From Phoronis australis (Eukaryota > Animalia > Phoronida), in assembly GCA_002633005.1 (NCBI GenBank), contig NMRA01000035.1, positions 1,269,059 through 1,333,058 on the forward strand: a DNA stretch of 64,000 nucleotides, read 5' to 3'. This document shows positions 13,349 to 26,701 of the stretch, piece by piece. Within the stretch, counting starts at the first letter, position 1. The number at the start of each line of letters is the position of its first letter. The notes below the pieces were generated by a model. That model was not told where the DNA came from. It worked only from the letters and a program-made list of their open reading frames with translations, and ran no database searches. The position numbers and the translations under genes are program-made.

Positions 13349-16300
13349 CGTAATCGCTCTAAGAGGCTGCCAGCCAATCCATCGCACGGCATTAAAAGTC
13401 AGAATATAACTGTATATTCTTCCATACGATCAAATAATGACCGAAGTGTCCAAACGAACTCGTTTGATGTGGAAACCTCTATTTTCCTCATGACCGTTCA
13501 ACATCCATAAATCTCAGAGATGTTTTCCGGTCATTGCTGATTGTTTTCGTGTACAGGGTCAGAAGCAACTGACATTTAACTTCGTTGATAACAATCTTGT
13601 GTCACACATGGTCGCAGATGTGAGTTTGAAATGCACATGGTTAGTAGGAGGGTGATTTACCGAACTGGTCCTTGCCAACCGTATATCATCTCAGTAGAAC
13701 ATAGACAGGGGAAATAACATATGTTTGAGTATTTTTCAAGAACCTTCAACCAAGCATACACACAGTGGGCGATTACGAAGTCACAATTTAGAATGTATGC
13801 CCCTAATTAATATTTATGCAAAAATAATCATAAACGGGACTTGGTATGCCAAAACGAACGGATGAACGAAAACCAAATTAAGAAAACACTAATTTGACTC
13901 GTATTAACAAAAAAAGAAAAGCTTTAATAAAAAAAACTTGCGATGATGTATCACGTCGAATGACCTGTTGAAACACACAATATGTCTTTTTGAAGAGTTC
14001 CGTCTTAAAAATTCTCTCATCATGTAATTTACCCATCCGGAAATGAAAGCCAATGTCTCTATTTTCCACGTTTTTCCCATCATAAGGTAAACATTAAGTA
14101 GTTGATATAACTAATTCAGTTGAAATAGAACTTATGCTTTTGTTTTCTTGACAAACTTATCTCGCCTCGGCCAACCGCTCCTGCTGTGCGGTCTGCATGA
14201 CAGCAGACGATTTCGGACAATATATGAAATATAACAGACTGACGAAGGAGACTGAGAACTGATTGAGGAGTACGGAAAGTCCAAAACCAACAAGCAATGG
14301 TGAAATGCCAGCACGACTTCGGACAACACACGACCACGCCGACATTTCTCCTACAATTCACAATTTTGACCTGCGGCCTGTTTAACAGTGACCTTGGACT
14401 TTCGCTCCACACAGCAACTTCAGAAAAAATAATTAATTTTCGCATGAGTGTAAGTGCAAAATCTCTGAGAGTACACACATAACTGCTATTTACAGAGATA
14501 ATTGATTACTTACTTGGCTAAACCTTTTTTCAGTATAGTATCGTGAAGTGAGCGTGTAAGACTAAATTTCTATTAGTTTCAAGAAAATATACATATGTCA
14601 GCTGAATCTCTTATTTTGTTAATTTAAACTCAAACATGGGTTTCAGTCACTTCATCTTATACACATTCTGCAACGTGAAGTATCAACTAAATGAAGGTTT
14701 CAGCAACGTTTACAGTCCGGTTACAAAAAATAGACACGCTTTAAAAGAAACGTGACTGCAAACACCACTTGGGAGACGAATTTTGGTCAAAGCCAGGAAC
14801 TCGTGACGGTTAATGGGAGAAATCAAGAAATTATGGCATACCGCTTCAGCAAACCTTGCAGTCAGATTTATTTCTCAGCCATGTTCAAGACGTACCTTGT
14901 AAACAAGTAATTCAATTAATAAACACATGGAAATTTAAATGCAAACAAGTAGGATTTATTTCACAACATGGCACTAGGCAGTTACTTGGCCACGTGTACT
15001 ATATTAACTGCTCTGTCATTTGGCGATTGCCATGTGCTCTGGCTTCTGAGTTTTAAGTGTGAGACAATGTAATTTAGGTATATACAATGTTCACGTTACG
15101 TTCTATCGTCATTCCTATTCTACGCACGGCCAAGACATGAACACACGACGTAAAAAGGCGAATTTTCTTGAACAGTTTGTTTTTGATAAAGTAAATGTCG
15201 AGTCTGAAATGAAATTCAACCAAAACTATTTCCGCAAAATTAACTCCTGTCAAAACTAAAGGGTGTACGAAGACAAGGAGATAATTTCGCATCAATTATG
15301 TTTCAAATTACACGTATAAGTGCGCATTTATCATATATTCACTTTAAGAGTCTGGGCAGTATATAATGTGACCAGAGATCTCTAACAGCTGATTCTCGTT
15401 AAGCAGACGAAAAACAGAACTGAAGGGTAAATTCAGATGTTAGTCGTTGAATTTATCATCACTTCTGCTGCAAGGGGAAGGATGAAGGAACTGTTCGTTT
15501 GAAATCATTCATTTTTATTTATCTAAAATATTTGCTCGTAATTAATCATGTTTTAACAAAAATAAATAAATAAAATAAAACAGCTAATTAGGTAAGAAAT
15601 AAAGTCAAAACGAAAGCGACACCATGTTATAGAAAGCGGAATTTTTAAGGTCTTGTCAAATATTTCCTTGAAGAGTTTTCTTCAATGAATCTGTGGTTTG
15701 GAATAACGTCCTGACGTAACCATAGTTTTGTCATCCTATAGTGGGTTAAAATTCGTCAAGCCTACATCAAAACAAGTAATAACGGGTGGCTAGCGAAGAG
15801 GTGACAGTGCCATCGAAACCCTCACTGAAGCAGAATCCCACAAGTTCTGGAATGTCTGCGATTGATGACTAAAATAGCCACGGTCACAGCGCCACATCTT
15901 TAACTGAGCAGTCTAATTGCTTTCATTTGTAAATTCAAACTAACAAAGTACGATATCTTAAAACACAGCTCACTCATCATATATATATATATACAGATGA
16001 CGATCAGATTTTCCCAGGCACTACTGGCACATCTGACGTCATAGCATTTCGACCTTGGTCATGTTATCCGAAGCAATCCGACGACCCCTTGAACAGCACG
16101 TGTCCGATTTAGATTGCTCCTCCAAATAGACTGTCTCAATGGCATCTTTCATTCATCCCAAAATAGTTCTATGCCAATATTTGACATGATGCGTTTTTTT
16201 AAAGACGCCGAAGGGTTTCACAGGGATTTGGAATGATTCACCCTCACAGTTGTTACGAAACATACCTAGTTTATAAAATAGATATTCTCGATTCTATGCA

Positions 16301-16400
16301 TATGACCTTCACAGGAATTCGCAGTTGCGAATTTAAGAAACCTGCTAGTTAAAAAGGCCAGTTCCAATAACCGATTTCGTCGTTTCTGCTTCCAACAATG

Positions 16401-17534
16401 AAGCCCTCTACGACTGCCCCCATTTTCAAGTATGATTCAAATACATAAGAACTACATCAACGGGTAAATGACGGTGATTGGTTGACATTTGAGATCATTA
16501 CTCAAACCACAACAATAACTTTTCGACAGATGCAACTTCCTCAGGTAACGTTACGATTCGTAAAATTTAGTCAATCCTGTGTTCAAAGAGGCAACTTCTT
16601 CTCCGGCGTGCCCATAAATACTAATTTAGTGACTCTTTGGTGCACTACTTGCCCATCTGGGCCCAGCTACACGGGTGTTTTGCCACTCGCTTTTTTCGTT
16701 GTTTTCATTGGGTACTTATTATTGTTTACTCGACAACATCTGTCAATCGCTAACGGATAAACCAGGTTCAATCAAATGCTACCATTATATGAAAACTTGC
16801 GCCTAGAATTTGATAAGAAATTTTGAATATGGACCCATGACTCCCAGTCGGGATATAGGTCTAGATATACCTACAGTACTGTAGAAATAATGCAAAGTAT
16901 TCGTTGAAATTGTGACATTCTCACAACTCCAAAGTTGAGACCACATTATTTGTATTTTGGAGACGTTNAAACCCTCGACGACTGCCCCCATTTCAAGTAT
17001 GATTCAAATACATAAGAACTAGATCAACGGGTTTGTTTAAAATGACTGTGATTGGTTGACATTTGAGATCATTACTCAAACCACAACAATAACTTTTCGG
17101 CAGATGCAACTTCCTCAGGTAACGTTACGATTCGTAAAATTTAGTCAACCCTGTGTTCAAAGAGGCAACTACTTCTCCGGCGTGCCCATAAATACTAATT
17201 TAGTGACTCTTTGGTGCACTACTTGCCCATCTGGGTCCAGCTACACGGGTGTTTTGCCACTCGCTTTTTTCGTTGTTTTCATTGGGTACTTATTATTGGT
17301 TACTCGTCATCATCTGTCAATCGCTAAACCAGGTTCAATCAAAGGCTACCATTATATGAAAACTTGCGCCTAGAATTTGATAAGAAATTTTGAATATGGA
17401 CCCATGACTCCCAGTCGGGATATAGGTCCAGATCCACCTACAGTACTGCAGAAATAATGCAAAGTATTCGTTGAAATTGTGACATTCTCACAACTCTAAA
17501 GTTGAGACCACATTATTTGTATTTTGGAGACGTT
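16401..17534 (+). repeat. Tandem direct duplication of about 567 bp (16401-16967 and 16969-17534)
   Basis: Near-identical units with scattered substitutions and small indels; a single N (16968) lies exactly at the junction. Confidence 0.95.
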
Positions 17535-17972
17535 TACAAAACTCGTCTGAGCAGCAATGGTGGAAGTAAGGGACTGATACCACAAGACAGTGATAAAACA
17601 ACTAAACCAATAATATTAACGTTAATTTTAGAGCTTAAAATCGCTAACTCGATAAATGTTAGCAAGATTAATTTAGATTTATTTTAAATCTAAAGTGGAC
17701 TGACTCCTGCCAACTCCCTGGTAACGCGCAGACGACACAGAAAGCAACTAAAAGTGCTAATTTCTTGGCGGGAACTTAATGGCGATGCCTGGGTCGATGC
17801 CCCATGAAAAACAACTTGACTGCGGTGTAATAGGCCAAACAGATGGAAAACACAGCCATGAAAAATAATACCTGTCGACCTATTGCGCAACAATTTTATC
17901 TTGCCGGTTCCCCTGCTTCCAATTACGGACACAGGATGGACGTTGGTCAGCGGGTGTGGAAAACATAGAAAC

Positions 17973-18000
17973 TGTCTGTCTGTCTGTCTGTCTGTCCGTC
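17973..18000. repeat. (CTGT)n microsatellite
   Basis: CTGTCTGTCTGTCTGTCTGTCTGTCCGTC; a related (ACAG)n tract is at about 2898-2922. Confidence 0.9.
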
Positions 18001-18114
18001 TTCAGTCGTTATCTTGTCAATCCGTCAGAAAAATATTTTGCAGTTTATCTGATTGAGCAAATGGTTAATATGAACTAAAAGTTTTCAGCAGGTGATCAAG
18101 ATTCCAGTAGGGAG

Positions 18115-18273
18115 CAGAGGCAGATCCAGCATTTTTAGATGGGGGCAGGGTAGAGTATGAGTCAGGATTTTGCCCGTCAGACATTTGCGCCACCGTACTG
18201 CCAAATGGAATCTGGGTGAATTTTAGGGGGGGGGGCATGGCGCCCTTGCCCCCCCCCTTTAAATCCGCCACTG
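18115..18273 (-). mobile_element. GC-rich-end MITE, family B1
   Basis: Ends CAGAGGCAGAT...ATCCGCCACTG with a perfect 5-bp TSD GGGAG (18110-18114 and 18274-18278). Confidence 0.88.
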
Positions 18274-21200
18274 GGGAGTGGGTCCGCACGAAAAGCACCT
18301 ATTCAAGTACGCCTGTTTTGTGAGGATTAATATAGGCCAGAGAGGGATTAAGGGTTACCCCCATAAAAAGTGGGTTAGCACGTACTTTTCAAATGGCGCA
18401 TTTCGAAATCACCTTGGTTACTTTGGTATTTTTAACACCAAAAGTCACTTACGTCTAATTACGAACGATAAAGTGACTGTCTAAGAAAACCGAGTGATTA
18501 TGGCTGTTTGATCTGCGCATGTGCAGCATGTATATGGAATTACATGTTCTCCTCATAATTAAGAGTTGCCAATGAGAAGCAATATTCGTGGCTTGTTGTC
18601 GGAAGGAGCAAGTTCACACAATGACTAGTCATAGAAACTAACATGTGAGGTAACTGGAGGGAAATTATAGGAAGACTGCCTAAAGCAGGTACACACACTA
18701 GGGTCAAAACGTGTCCAGTGCGCTTTTTCGGGAACGGGTGGGAACAGAAATTATAATCAATCCAACAGCACACAAAATCTTTCTTGTCAAATTTCACTGC
18801 GTGTAGGGGCGGGTGCATTTTGAAGGAAATCAGACAAGCAAAAAAAGACTGAGAAAATGCGCCAACAGTGAGTGCTTTTTCAGAAAAATCGTCTCTATGA
18901 GTTTTTCTTAGGAATGCCATTACTAAAAACCCCAGCACAAGATTTTACCAAAGAACTGAATGCCACTGATGGCAAGCTGTAATGAGAAACCTATTATTCG
19001 CGTTTCTACTCTTTGCGGTTGTGCTAGACTTTTATGCCATATCGGTATTGAAGATATTGCACAACTCAGTGGAGGTTACCTTTCTTCTTTGTGTTCTGAG
19101 AAAGACAGAAAAAAAAAACAATAATCCACCGGGAAGGGATACGCCCACTTCATCAGGCCTGGGTATATGAAAATCGTTCCTTTAAGTGCTTCCTAACAAA
19201 CCTCAATGGAACTATACATCGTTTTAACCAATTGCAGTCTAGGGGGCGCTGCCTCCGCTTTTTATTGAATAATGCAGGGTTTGCGACAACCCCGATACTG
19301 TGCATGTGAATTGTGACGTATTTAAGATGTCGCAAGCTTCACAGATGTTGCTATCTCCTTTGTCTGTATGCCCCCTCCTTGATGATCCGAAGATGATTGG
19401 GACTACTTAAATGGGCGCGGCACAAAGTGTGATTTATGTTGAATCCCAACGATCTTTTCATAACAGTCACATTAACAAGGTGACTCACAACATAAACCTT
19501 TGTCAACAGAATGTTTCACCTTTTTAATTCTAAATTTAAAAGAAGATTAGAGGGGTGAAACTTTTAATGGAGCAAACTATTTTTCATCTTGACGATAGGA
19601 AACCTATCTCCGAAACAAATAGTTTGGTTGCCGGAAGAAAGCTCGCCACACCGATACATCAACGGATACCCCTAAGTGTACCGCCTGATGAAGGAACTGT
19701 AGACGCGAAGCGCATCACGGATATCATCATAATTATTTTAGAAATCCAATACAAACACGTCTTAAATTGACAGCAAATAGAGAAAACAGGAACACAGTTG
19801 ATTTACCCACGTTACATAATAGTAGAAGCGTATTCCTTGACGCATTTCAAATGTAAAGACGATTTAAATCGGCATGTTTAGAAACTTGCAACTCTTTTAT
19901 TAATAGTTTTCAAAACATTTTGAGCAATCAACAGTTTACACGTGTATTTCGCGAAACTGCCTCAAGGTAAATTCCTAGTTTGCTATCGCATTTCCCCGGA
20001 CGACATTGCAAACTCACAGTAATCATGATGTCATGCCGAATGAAGCAAACACCACCATTATGTATTGGTCAAGCATACAAAACGTTGCAGAGTTCAGTAC
20101 TGATATCAATAAATATTCTTTGCAAGAATATTATCATTAAAGTATTCTACAGGACGTGGCGCAAATTAGAAAACACTCGGCTTAAAGTTTGCTTTCAAAA
20201 CATGAACTGATTGCTCCGTCTTGTGCGAATTGCCATCACTGCTTGAACGAACAAAGTCACGTCTACCATCACGGGATTGATGAAAAACGTTCTTTCCTAT
20301 TACAATTCTAACGCATCGGCAGAGAAACTACAGATACATGTATTACATCACGGCCAGTTGTAAAAACGATTGCCTGCCACCTGGTGCTCTTCTGGCCCTT
20401 TTGACCTATGCAGTCTGGGACTCGGGTCATTTATCGTCTTGGTCAAACGGTCGCGCTGAAGGCTTCAGCACGTGTTGCTGTCGCTTCAAATTGATTGGCC
20501 AAAGCAATTTTTTATAGGCCAAGAATAGCCACGTGCCTAGATAAGCTCTTCTTCAGCGGAACAATCACAGATGGATATGCAATATCCTTGACATTATTTG
20601 AAGCTACAATTTAATTAATCACGTATAAGCACTTAACCACATTAAAATAAGGTCAATGGATCTTACCGTGCAAAACAAGTATAACAGGGCGTGATTCCTT
20701 CGACTACAAAATTTTACTTACTTCTTAGCAGGAAATATCCGCAGGTCACTTTATAGTAGGAAATGGGATTTAAATGTTTGCCTGCAGTAAAAAAGACTCT
20801 CCCACACCATTTAAGGAAATAACCACGCCTGCAGACTACAAACGAAACCGGACTTTTGCTGTAACCTATGCAAGCCAACCATAACGACACACTGCGTTGT
20901 TTTCTTTGCATCTTATGACATTCGTAAAGCAGTGTTATGAACTCATAGAGCTACTGGGCAGTAAGCGAAGCATGTGGTTGCGACCTCTATTGTTTTATTT
21001 GGTGACCAACAAACGCTGTACAATTAACTGGCATCACTCTTGGAAACCTGGCGCGACTGAGCCCGCTCTGGAACACCCTAGATATACGAAAAAAATCCTA
21101 GCTATTGAACTACTAATTCTAATGATTAATAAGCCGAAGGGATGATTGACAAAAATACGTTTTTTTGAAAAAACCATGCTTTTTTACGATTTGTCCGAAA

Positions 21201-21806
21201 AAGATGTTATAAAGAGAGAGAGAGAGCTCAGAGGAGAGAACGCGTCAAACAAGTTACTTACTTTGGCAAAGCATCAGAAAAGTCGATTCTGAAAACCATA
21301 TTGAAACGTTAACCACAAAATCGTTAAACCTCTATTCTACTAAGATCGTGGTGCAAAAGGAGTCGGTAAAATGAAGAAGTACTGAACTGCATAAAAATGA
21401 AATCAGCGGATTCACAACATCGAACCATAGGACAGTATTTTTACATTAACGTGTTCTGCCGTTTTAACGCACTTCAGAAATNAAACCCAAGAAGTCCAGG
21501 AAAACCACTCTACCAAATAGCATGGAAAACGGCAAGCCCTCATACGTACGTTGTTGCCCATGGGGTATGGCCCAGGGGCACAGAAATTTGAAACATGAGT
21601 GTGTGATTTATAACCGGCTCGCAAGATCGTTATCTCCTGGGGTAACATCGAGCTTCTAAGCTTAGTTCGCCTGTGTAAAGCTGCTTGTAAATCACCGTCA
21701 AGTGTACGCTGAATAGCAGAGGAGCATCTCCATGCGCAAGATTGCGCTTATATGGTAACGTGCGCTAAAACAGGAGAATACGATACTCGTCCTCTACAAC
21801 TCTCAC

Positions 21807-21912
21807 CTTTTGAGAAATTCCATGTGTTCCGAGTGACGCATAAGGCCCGTCTTCATCATGATACTTTGAAAACATGGTCGATCGATGGCCCACAGTTTGC
21901 AACTGGTCAACG
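21807..21912 (-). CDS. PRKG1: PKG I exon 4 (end of CNB-A); not in the ORF track
   Basis: Read manually: TTGTTCCAG|CG TTG ACC... gives (A)[34 protein letters not shown](S) and ends AAA AG|GTGAGA. It is 106 bp with a phase 2 end. No exon 5 (VPxF...ADVLEE) was found in 1-21806. Confidence 0.96.
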
Positions 21913-21987
21913 CTGGAACAATCAATCTTAAATCAAACACAACACTTACAGTGTTCTTAGAGCATCTCCTTTAAATCCTAAAATATC

Positions 21988-22620
21988 TATTATTATTATT
22001 TAAACTTCTTTAAAAGACTGAGTGACCACTTCAGTGAATACACTGGTTTTCAAGTGGGCCCAATCAGAAACAATTACATGAAGTTAAATACAGAGAGCTA
22101 TGTACAATTAGATTGAAAAGATTAATGAATAAAATAAACTAGTACAAAAATTACTTAATATGTACAATTAAGTGAATAAATAAGATAAAATAGAGTAAAA
22201 AATGATGAGCTGATGTCTACAGCCCCGAACCACGCACAAAGTGCCAGTAGTTCTGTTTGAAGACGTGGACATTGGGCGCGTTCGCCACGTCAGTCCCTAG
22301 CCCGTTGTAAGCGACAGCACCTCTGTAGGCAAAAACTTTTTTGCCAGAGTTGTTTTTAGGTTTATCTGGTACCATGCAGCCAGAAACACTAGCTCTAGTA
22401 TTGTAATTGTGAGAATCTCTGAATTTAATAGAGAGGTAATTAGGTGTGAGGCTGGGTGTAGCTTTGTGAGGTTATGTGTGGCTTTGTACACCGTAAAGTT
22501 TAATGAAAGGCACGCCTGCTAACCAGGCTGCACCAACAAAGTGTATCGAGGAGGTCAGAAATAGAAAACTCATTATAAAGGCCACTATAGTTGAGTATCC
22601 AAACTAACTTTTGCTTACAA
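21988..22620 (-). mobile_element. 3' end of a CR1/L2-type LINE (5'-truncated)
   Basis: A minus-strand frame reads YLSIKFRDSHNYNTRASVSGCMVPDKPKNNSGKKVFAYRGAVAYNGL...VHVFK, typical of the CR1/L2 ORF2 C-terminus. It is followed by a 3'UTR ending GGGCCCACTTGAAAACCAG...TAAATAATAATAATAG. The 5' boundary is approximate. Confidence 0.75.
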
Positions 22621-23169
22621 GTCACCTGTGATCTGGGCTACCCAAGGTGTCTAAATTATCGTATGCCACTCGACGGAATCAACAGACTTGTTTGAATGCT
22701 ATTTCTTGAATACAGATCTCATTTCTTAGAACAATCTTTTGTTTAAGGCTTGTTTATATTTATACGTATACATTTGCATGTTGTAAACAGTGTACTTTAG
22801 ACTGTGCAATTGCCTTCGTTTCATACTGCTCACAGGATCTTCACAACAATAGATTGTCTACATAATAATGACACAGTAAACAAACTGTTTTTATGACTTC
22901 GATTGCGAAAGTAACGACACCTATCAGGATAGTTAATTTACGTAACTTTTCGAATGAGGGAATCGACTCAGAGGACCTTGACTATTTTTATCTTACAGGA
23001 AGTCGACTGAGCGCTGGAGGTCTGAAAGCGAGACTCTTATGCAGTTCTATGATGACGCGTGCATGTTTTCTGTTGTGTACAACACATTTTTTTCACAGAA
23101 ACGTCATTGTGAGAAAGTGCGTGCGCACGCGTGTGTGCTTTGTCAGCAAGGACACCGGGGATGACTCTG

Positions 23170-23755
23170 TCAAATACACCGACAATACCGCCACTGAATT
23201 ACACCACCAACAACATCAATGAACTTGAAGACCTCCACGCCGCCCATGATAACGATGAGGCAAAGGATGAAAACGTCGCCGACGATGCTGAAACTGACAA
23301 CATCATCAGCGTCATCGTACTGAACAACATCACCGTCATCAAAATCAAATGACCACGAATTCAAAGCCACCACTATCAACAATACCAAAAAGGTCGCTAG
23401 AATCGCCGACAGCATCGACGAAGGTATGTACGAGGCCGCCTTGAACTCTGATGACAACACTGATGCACCGACAATGATATCGACTAAAGGATACGAATGT
23501 TGAAATTATCTCCAAAACCGACTATTCCCACAACGCCAACGTCACTGACAGCGATCGTGCCGCAATAGGACGCCCATGAGGGAAGCCAATGACGGCAACA
23601 CAACCGACACTAACGACGACGCTGAAAAAGTCAGCATCATCATCGGCAACACCGTCATCATCGCGATCACCACCATCACCTCTACTATCACATCAGCATC
23701 AAAAACTACCGCCATCACCACGACCGTCATAATCAAAGATGTATCATCAGACAAT
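23170..23755. repeat. Highly degenerate trinucleotide-derived low-complexity tract
   Basis: Periodic sequence rich in CAC/CAT/GAC/AAC. Similar tracts are at about 56480-56780 and 63434-63535. Confidence 0.7.
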
Positions 23756-25720
23756 AAAACGGTTCTGAGAAAATCGCAAACAACGAGAGAACTGCAAGTC
23801 CTAGAAAAATAATAACATGTTTCCAGTAGCGAGAAATGAATGATTTATTTCTGATAGCTCTTGAGATCTATTCACCCACCCAGAAGGTTTGGAAAGATCG
23901 GCAACAAAGAGCAGTCACCGGAAAATCTCGAATAACTCGATAACGGTTGGGTATAGTGAGAACCGGATGACACACTGCAAAAAGCCCTTCACGAGAGCTC
24001 TTTTGAAATAATACCTCAAAGGACGGAATATTCGAAAAATAACTGTCACGGCGCAATCTTTTGTCAGTTTTCGCCCAACGGCAATACATCTTGAGCTTTT
24101 CATTCCGAATTCCGCGACATTTGGACGAAAATTGCATGCAACTTGTAGCGTGCGTATGATAAACCAACAAAAGTGCAGCGAGGAATTAGTTAATAAAAGA
24201 GCATTCACCAGATCGGAACATCTCGAATATCTCGAATACGATAAGTCGGTTTGTGTAACTCTGGCAAAATCTATATTCGCTCACCGAATTTCTGAGAGAT
24301 CCGTCAAAGAGGGCTGAAAAATGGCAGCAAAAATCGCTCAATAGATGAATAGTCATCAGAAAGTCTGGAATAACTGGAAAACGGCAAATCGCAGAAAGAA
24401 TGTTATGACGTATTCCAGATAGCCAAATTTCACAACAATCCCCCACAGGACCGATCAGACGTCAATTGCGACTTGTAGCGTGCTTACCCAAAGAAACAAA
24501 AAACTTCACGACACAGTATCAGACTTGCGGAAATTTCATTTCGCCAATGGTTTGCTAGTCACCAGGTGGCGAGACCGTCTTGTATTTTGAGTTGGCTCGC
24601 CTGGATCTGCAAACAACATGTGGAAATCGACAACATTTCCTGATTCCGCTCAAAAGTAATTCAACAATAGGACAATTCACCAGATTAAGGGGAGAAGTCA
24701 CCCAAAGCAGAAATTGTCCCTTGTTTTTGCTTATTATTCCAGATATTAAAAGATAAGGTCATGCTTTTTCGTCTCGAAATGCCGCATCTGGTTACATGGG
24801 AAGACAACCTAACCGGATCTCAGTTAGCGCTAGTGTTCGCGTACGACTTAAAAGTTGTTTTGATGATTTCCCCAAGGCCTGGTCCTGTGTACTGCCATTG
24901 TGTAAGAAGTACTTCGCCTTAGACATAAAATCAGTGTTCAGGTGAAACATGCCTTCATTGTCTCCAGTGTATTCAGTTATCGATCAAAGTCATCCATGGC
25001 CAAACCGTTGGTAACGCGTGCCAATTTTGCAGATTTCGAAACAGATTTTTCAAACTTTACAGGACGGAGTGGGCTCACACAACTTTGTTTTGGTCAAAGT
25101 TGTCTAATTGGAGTTAGCGCCTGCTTTTAGGCGAAAACAGGGTAAAGCTGCAGTACGCCGTGCCAAGAAAGGCTTGCTAAAACGAAAATTTAATTAAACT
25201 TTTTGTTCTCATGAAATCGGTGTCATAATATTCCTTATGGCCGGATTCTATTTTTGTTACAAAAATAACATTGAAACGATCAGAGACTCAAGAAAAGGCT
25301 CCAGAGTTTATTAGGGTTGGCTGATCATAAACTTCGAAAATGGCGTTCAATAAGTTCTCGGCCTCACCAAGAAAACAGGGACGCAGGTTAGTTTTTTTCA
25401 CACCATAGAAAAATTTCATCTTTTATAACAGCACTGCGTTCATGCTGAATTAGCACGGTCAACTGCCGCTAGGTGGCGTTGCTTCAAAAAAGCAGACGAC
25501 AACACATTTAGTAGCATGGAGATAACGGAGACGAGAGCCGTCATAAAGTATTTGGGTAAAAAAGGAATGGAACCAAAAGATATTCATAATGAGATGCGAA
25601 AAACACTCGGAACAGACTCCCCGAGCTACTCCACAGTAAAAAAGTGGTCAGCTTGTTTCAAGAGGGGTGAGAAAGCGTTGAAAATGATCCTCGTCCAGGA
25701 CGTCCCAAATTATCGACCTN

Positions 25721-26701
25721 CTAGGATATCACAAGGGGGGGGCCCAACTTTTTGTCCGGCTGGAAGCATTTGCACAAACCACGATTGCAGACGCGCATAG
25801 CACCGAATGAGGGGAGGTCGGGAGGGGGGTTTGCCCCCCTCCCGCCCAGGAAATTTTTCTGTTTTTTCCTCTAAAAATCAAGCATTTTTCTTGATTTCTG
25901 ATATGTTATCCAAGAAAAAAAGGCAAAAAATAAAGTAAAAAAGATAACGTGTCACACAGGAAAAACTGCGAGTTCCACAGACTCGAACTCACTACCTAGC
26001 TGATAGGAGGCGCGTCCTTTACCACTACACCACCACGATTTCACTAATAATAATAAACTAAGAGACCTACTTGTTTATGTTCCACAGCGTTTGCGCGCGA
26101 AACCTACTTCTTTTTGTAATGCTTATTACACGTTTTATATTTTGTGCAATCGGTTCTTAACAAATTTGTTGTATTTAAAATAGTCTTCAAATGCCCAAAA
26201 GACCAAATCCGTTTTTCGTGATGACAGGATTGCTTTGGAAATCGTCTTAAGTTAAGGTTTGACAAAGAGAGAATTAATGAGTTTCTGAGTGATTCACTAA
26301 GGCTTCGATTAAAATTCACACCTTACCAGCAACTTCTGTTTTTTTTCATCGTCACTCAGGTTCCATTTCCTTTAAAAAATGAAGTAAATTTTCCTCATTG
26401 CACAGTGGAGCAGACGACGGAAACGGAGTCGTATTGCGCAGCGCCAATGCCGGTCGCCTGGGACATAGCTACGAATGCGCCGTGCTCCGGATTTGACACT
26501 TGAAATTGGATCTGAGCCCCCCCCCAAACACTAAAACTGCACACATTTAAACCTTTTTTCATCCGTATATTTTTAATTACCGGGGAAAATTAATAAACTC
26601 AACATTTCCCTATGCTCTTGCTGTTTTATTTTTTTTGCTGCAGCCAAGGGGGGGGGGGGGGCGGGCCCCCTGGCCCCCTGCCCCCCCCAAATCCGCCTAT
26701 G
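25721..26701. mobile_element. About 1 kb non-autonomous element inserted in the mariner transposase
   Basis: The transposase frame breaks after ...RPKLST at the N (25720) and resumes at GAAAATGTA (ENVQK) after a GC-rich terminus ...GCCCCCCCCAAATCCGCCTATG. That terminus resembles the AAATCCGCCACTG end of the MITE at 18115-18273. Confidence 0.75.
25970..26037 (-). mobile_element. tRNA-derived SINE head fragment inside the nested insertion
   Basis: The minus strand reads GGTGGTGTAGTGGTAAAGGACGCGCCTCCTATCAGCTAGGTAGTGAGTTCGAGTC, with Pol III A-box-like and B-box-like motifs at tRNA spacing but no intact cloverleaf. Confidence 0.6.

Noticed and set aside
14116-14478. Three overlapping minus-strand ORFs in intron 4
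   Set aside because: No recognisable homology and no canonical GT donor at their 3' end (GAG ATAAGT).
16482-17373. Pair of near-identical 92/105-aa ORFs with a hydrophobic segment
   Set aside because: TTG starts inside the duplicated intronic block; no recognisable family.
1-21806. PKG exon 5 and later exons (CNB-B, kinase domain)
   Set aside because: No VPxF/ADVLEE or kinase motifs were found by eye; they are presumed to lie beyond the left edge, though a short diverged exon could have been missed.
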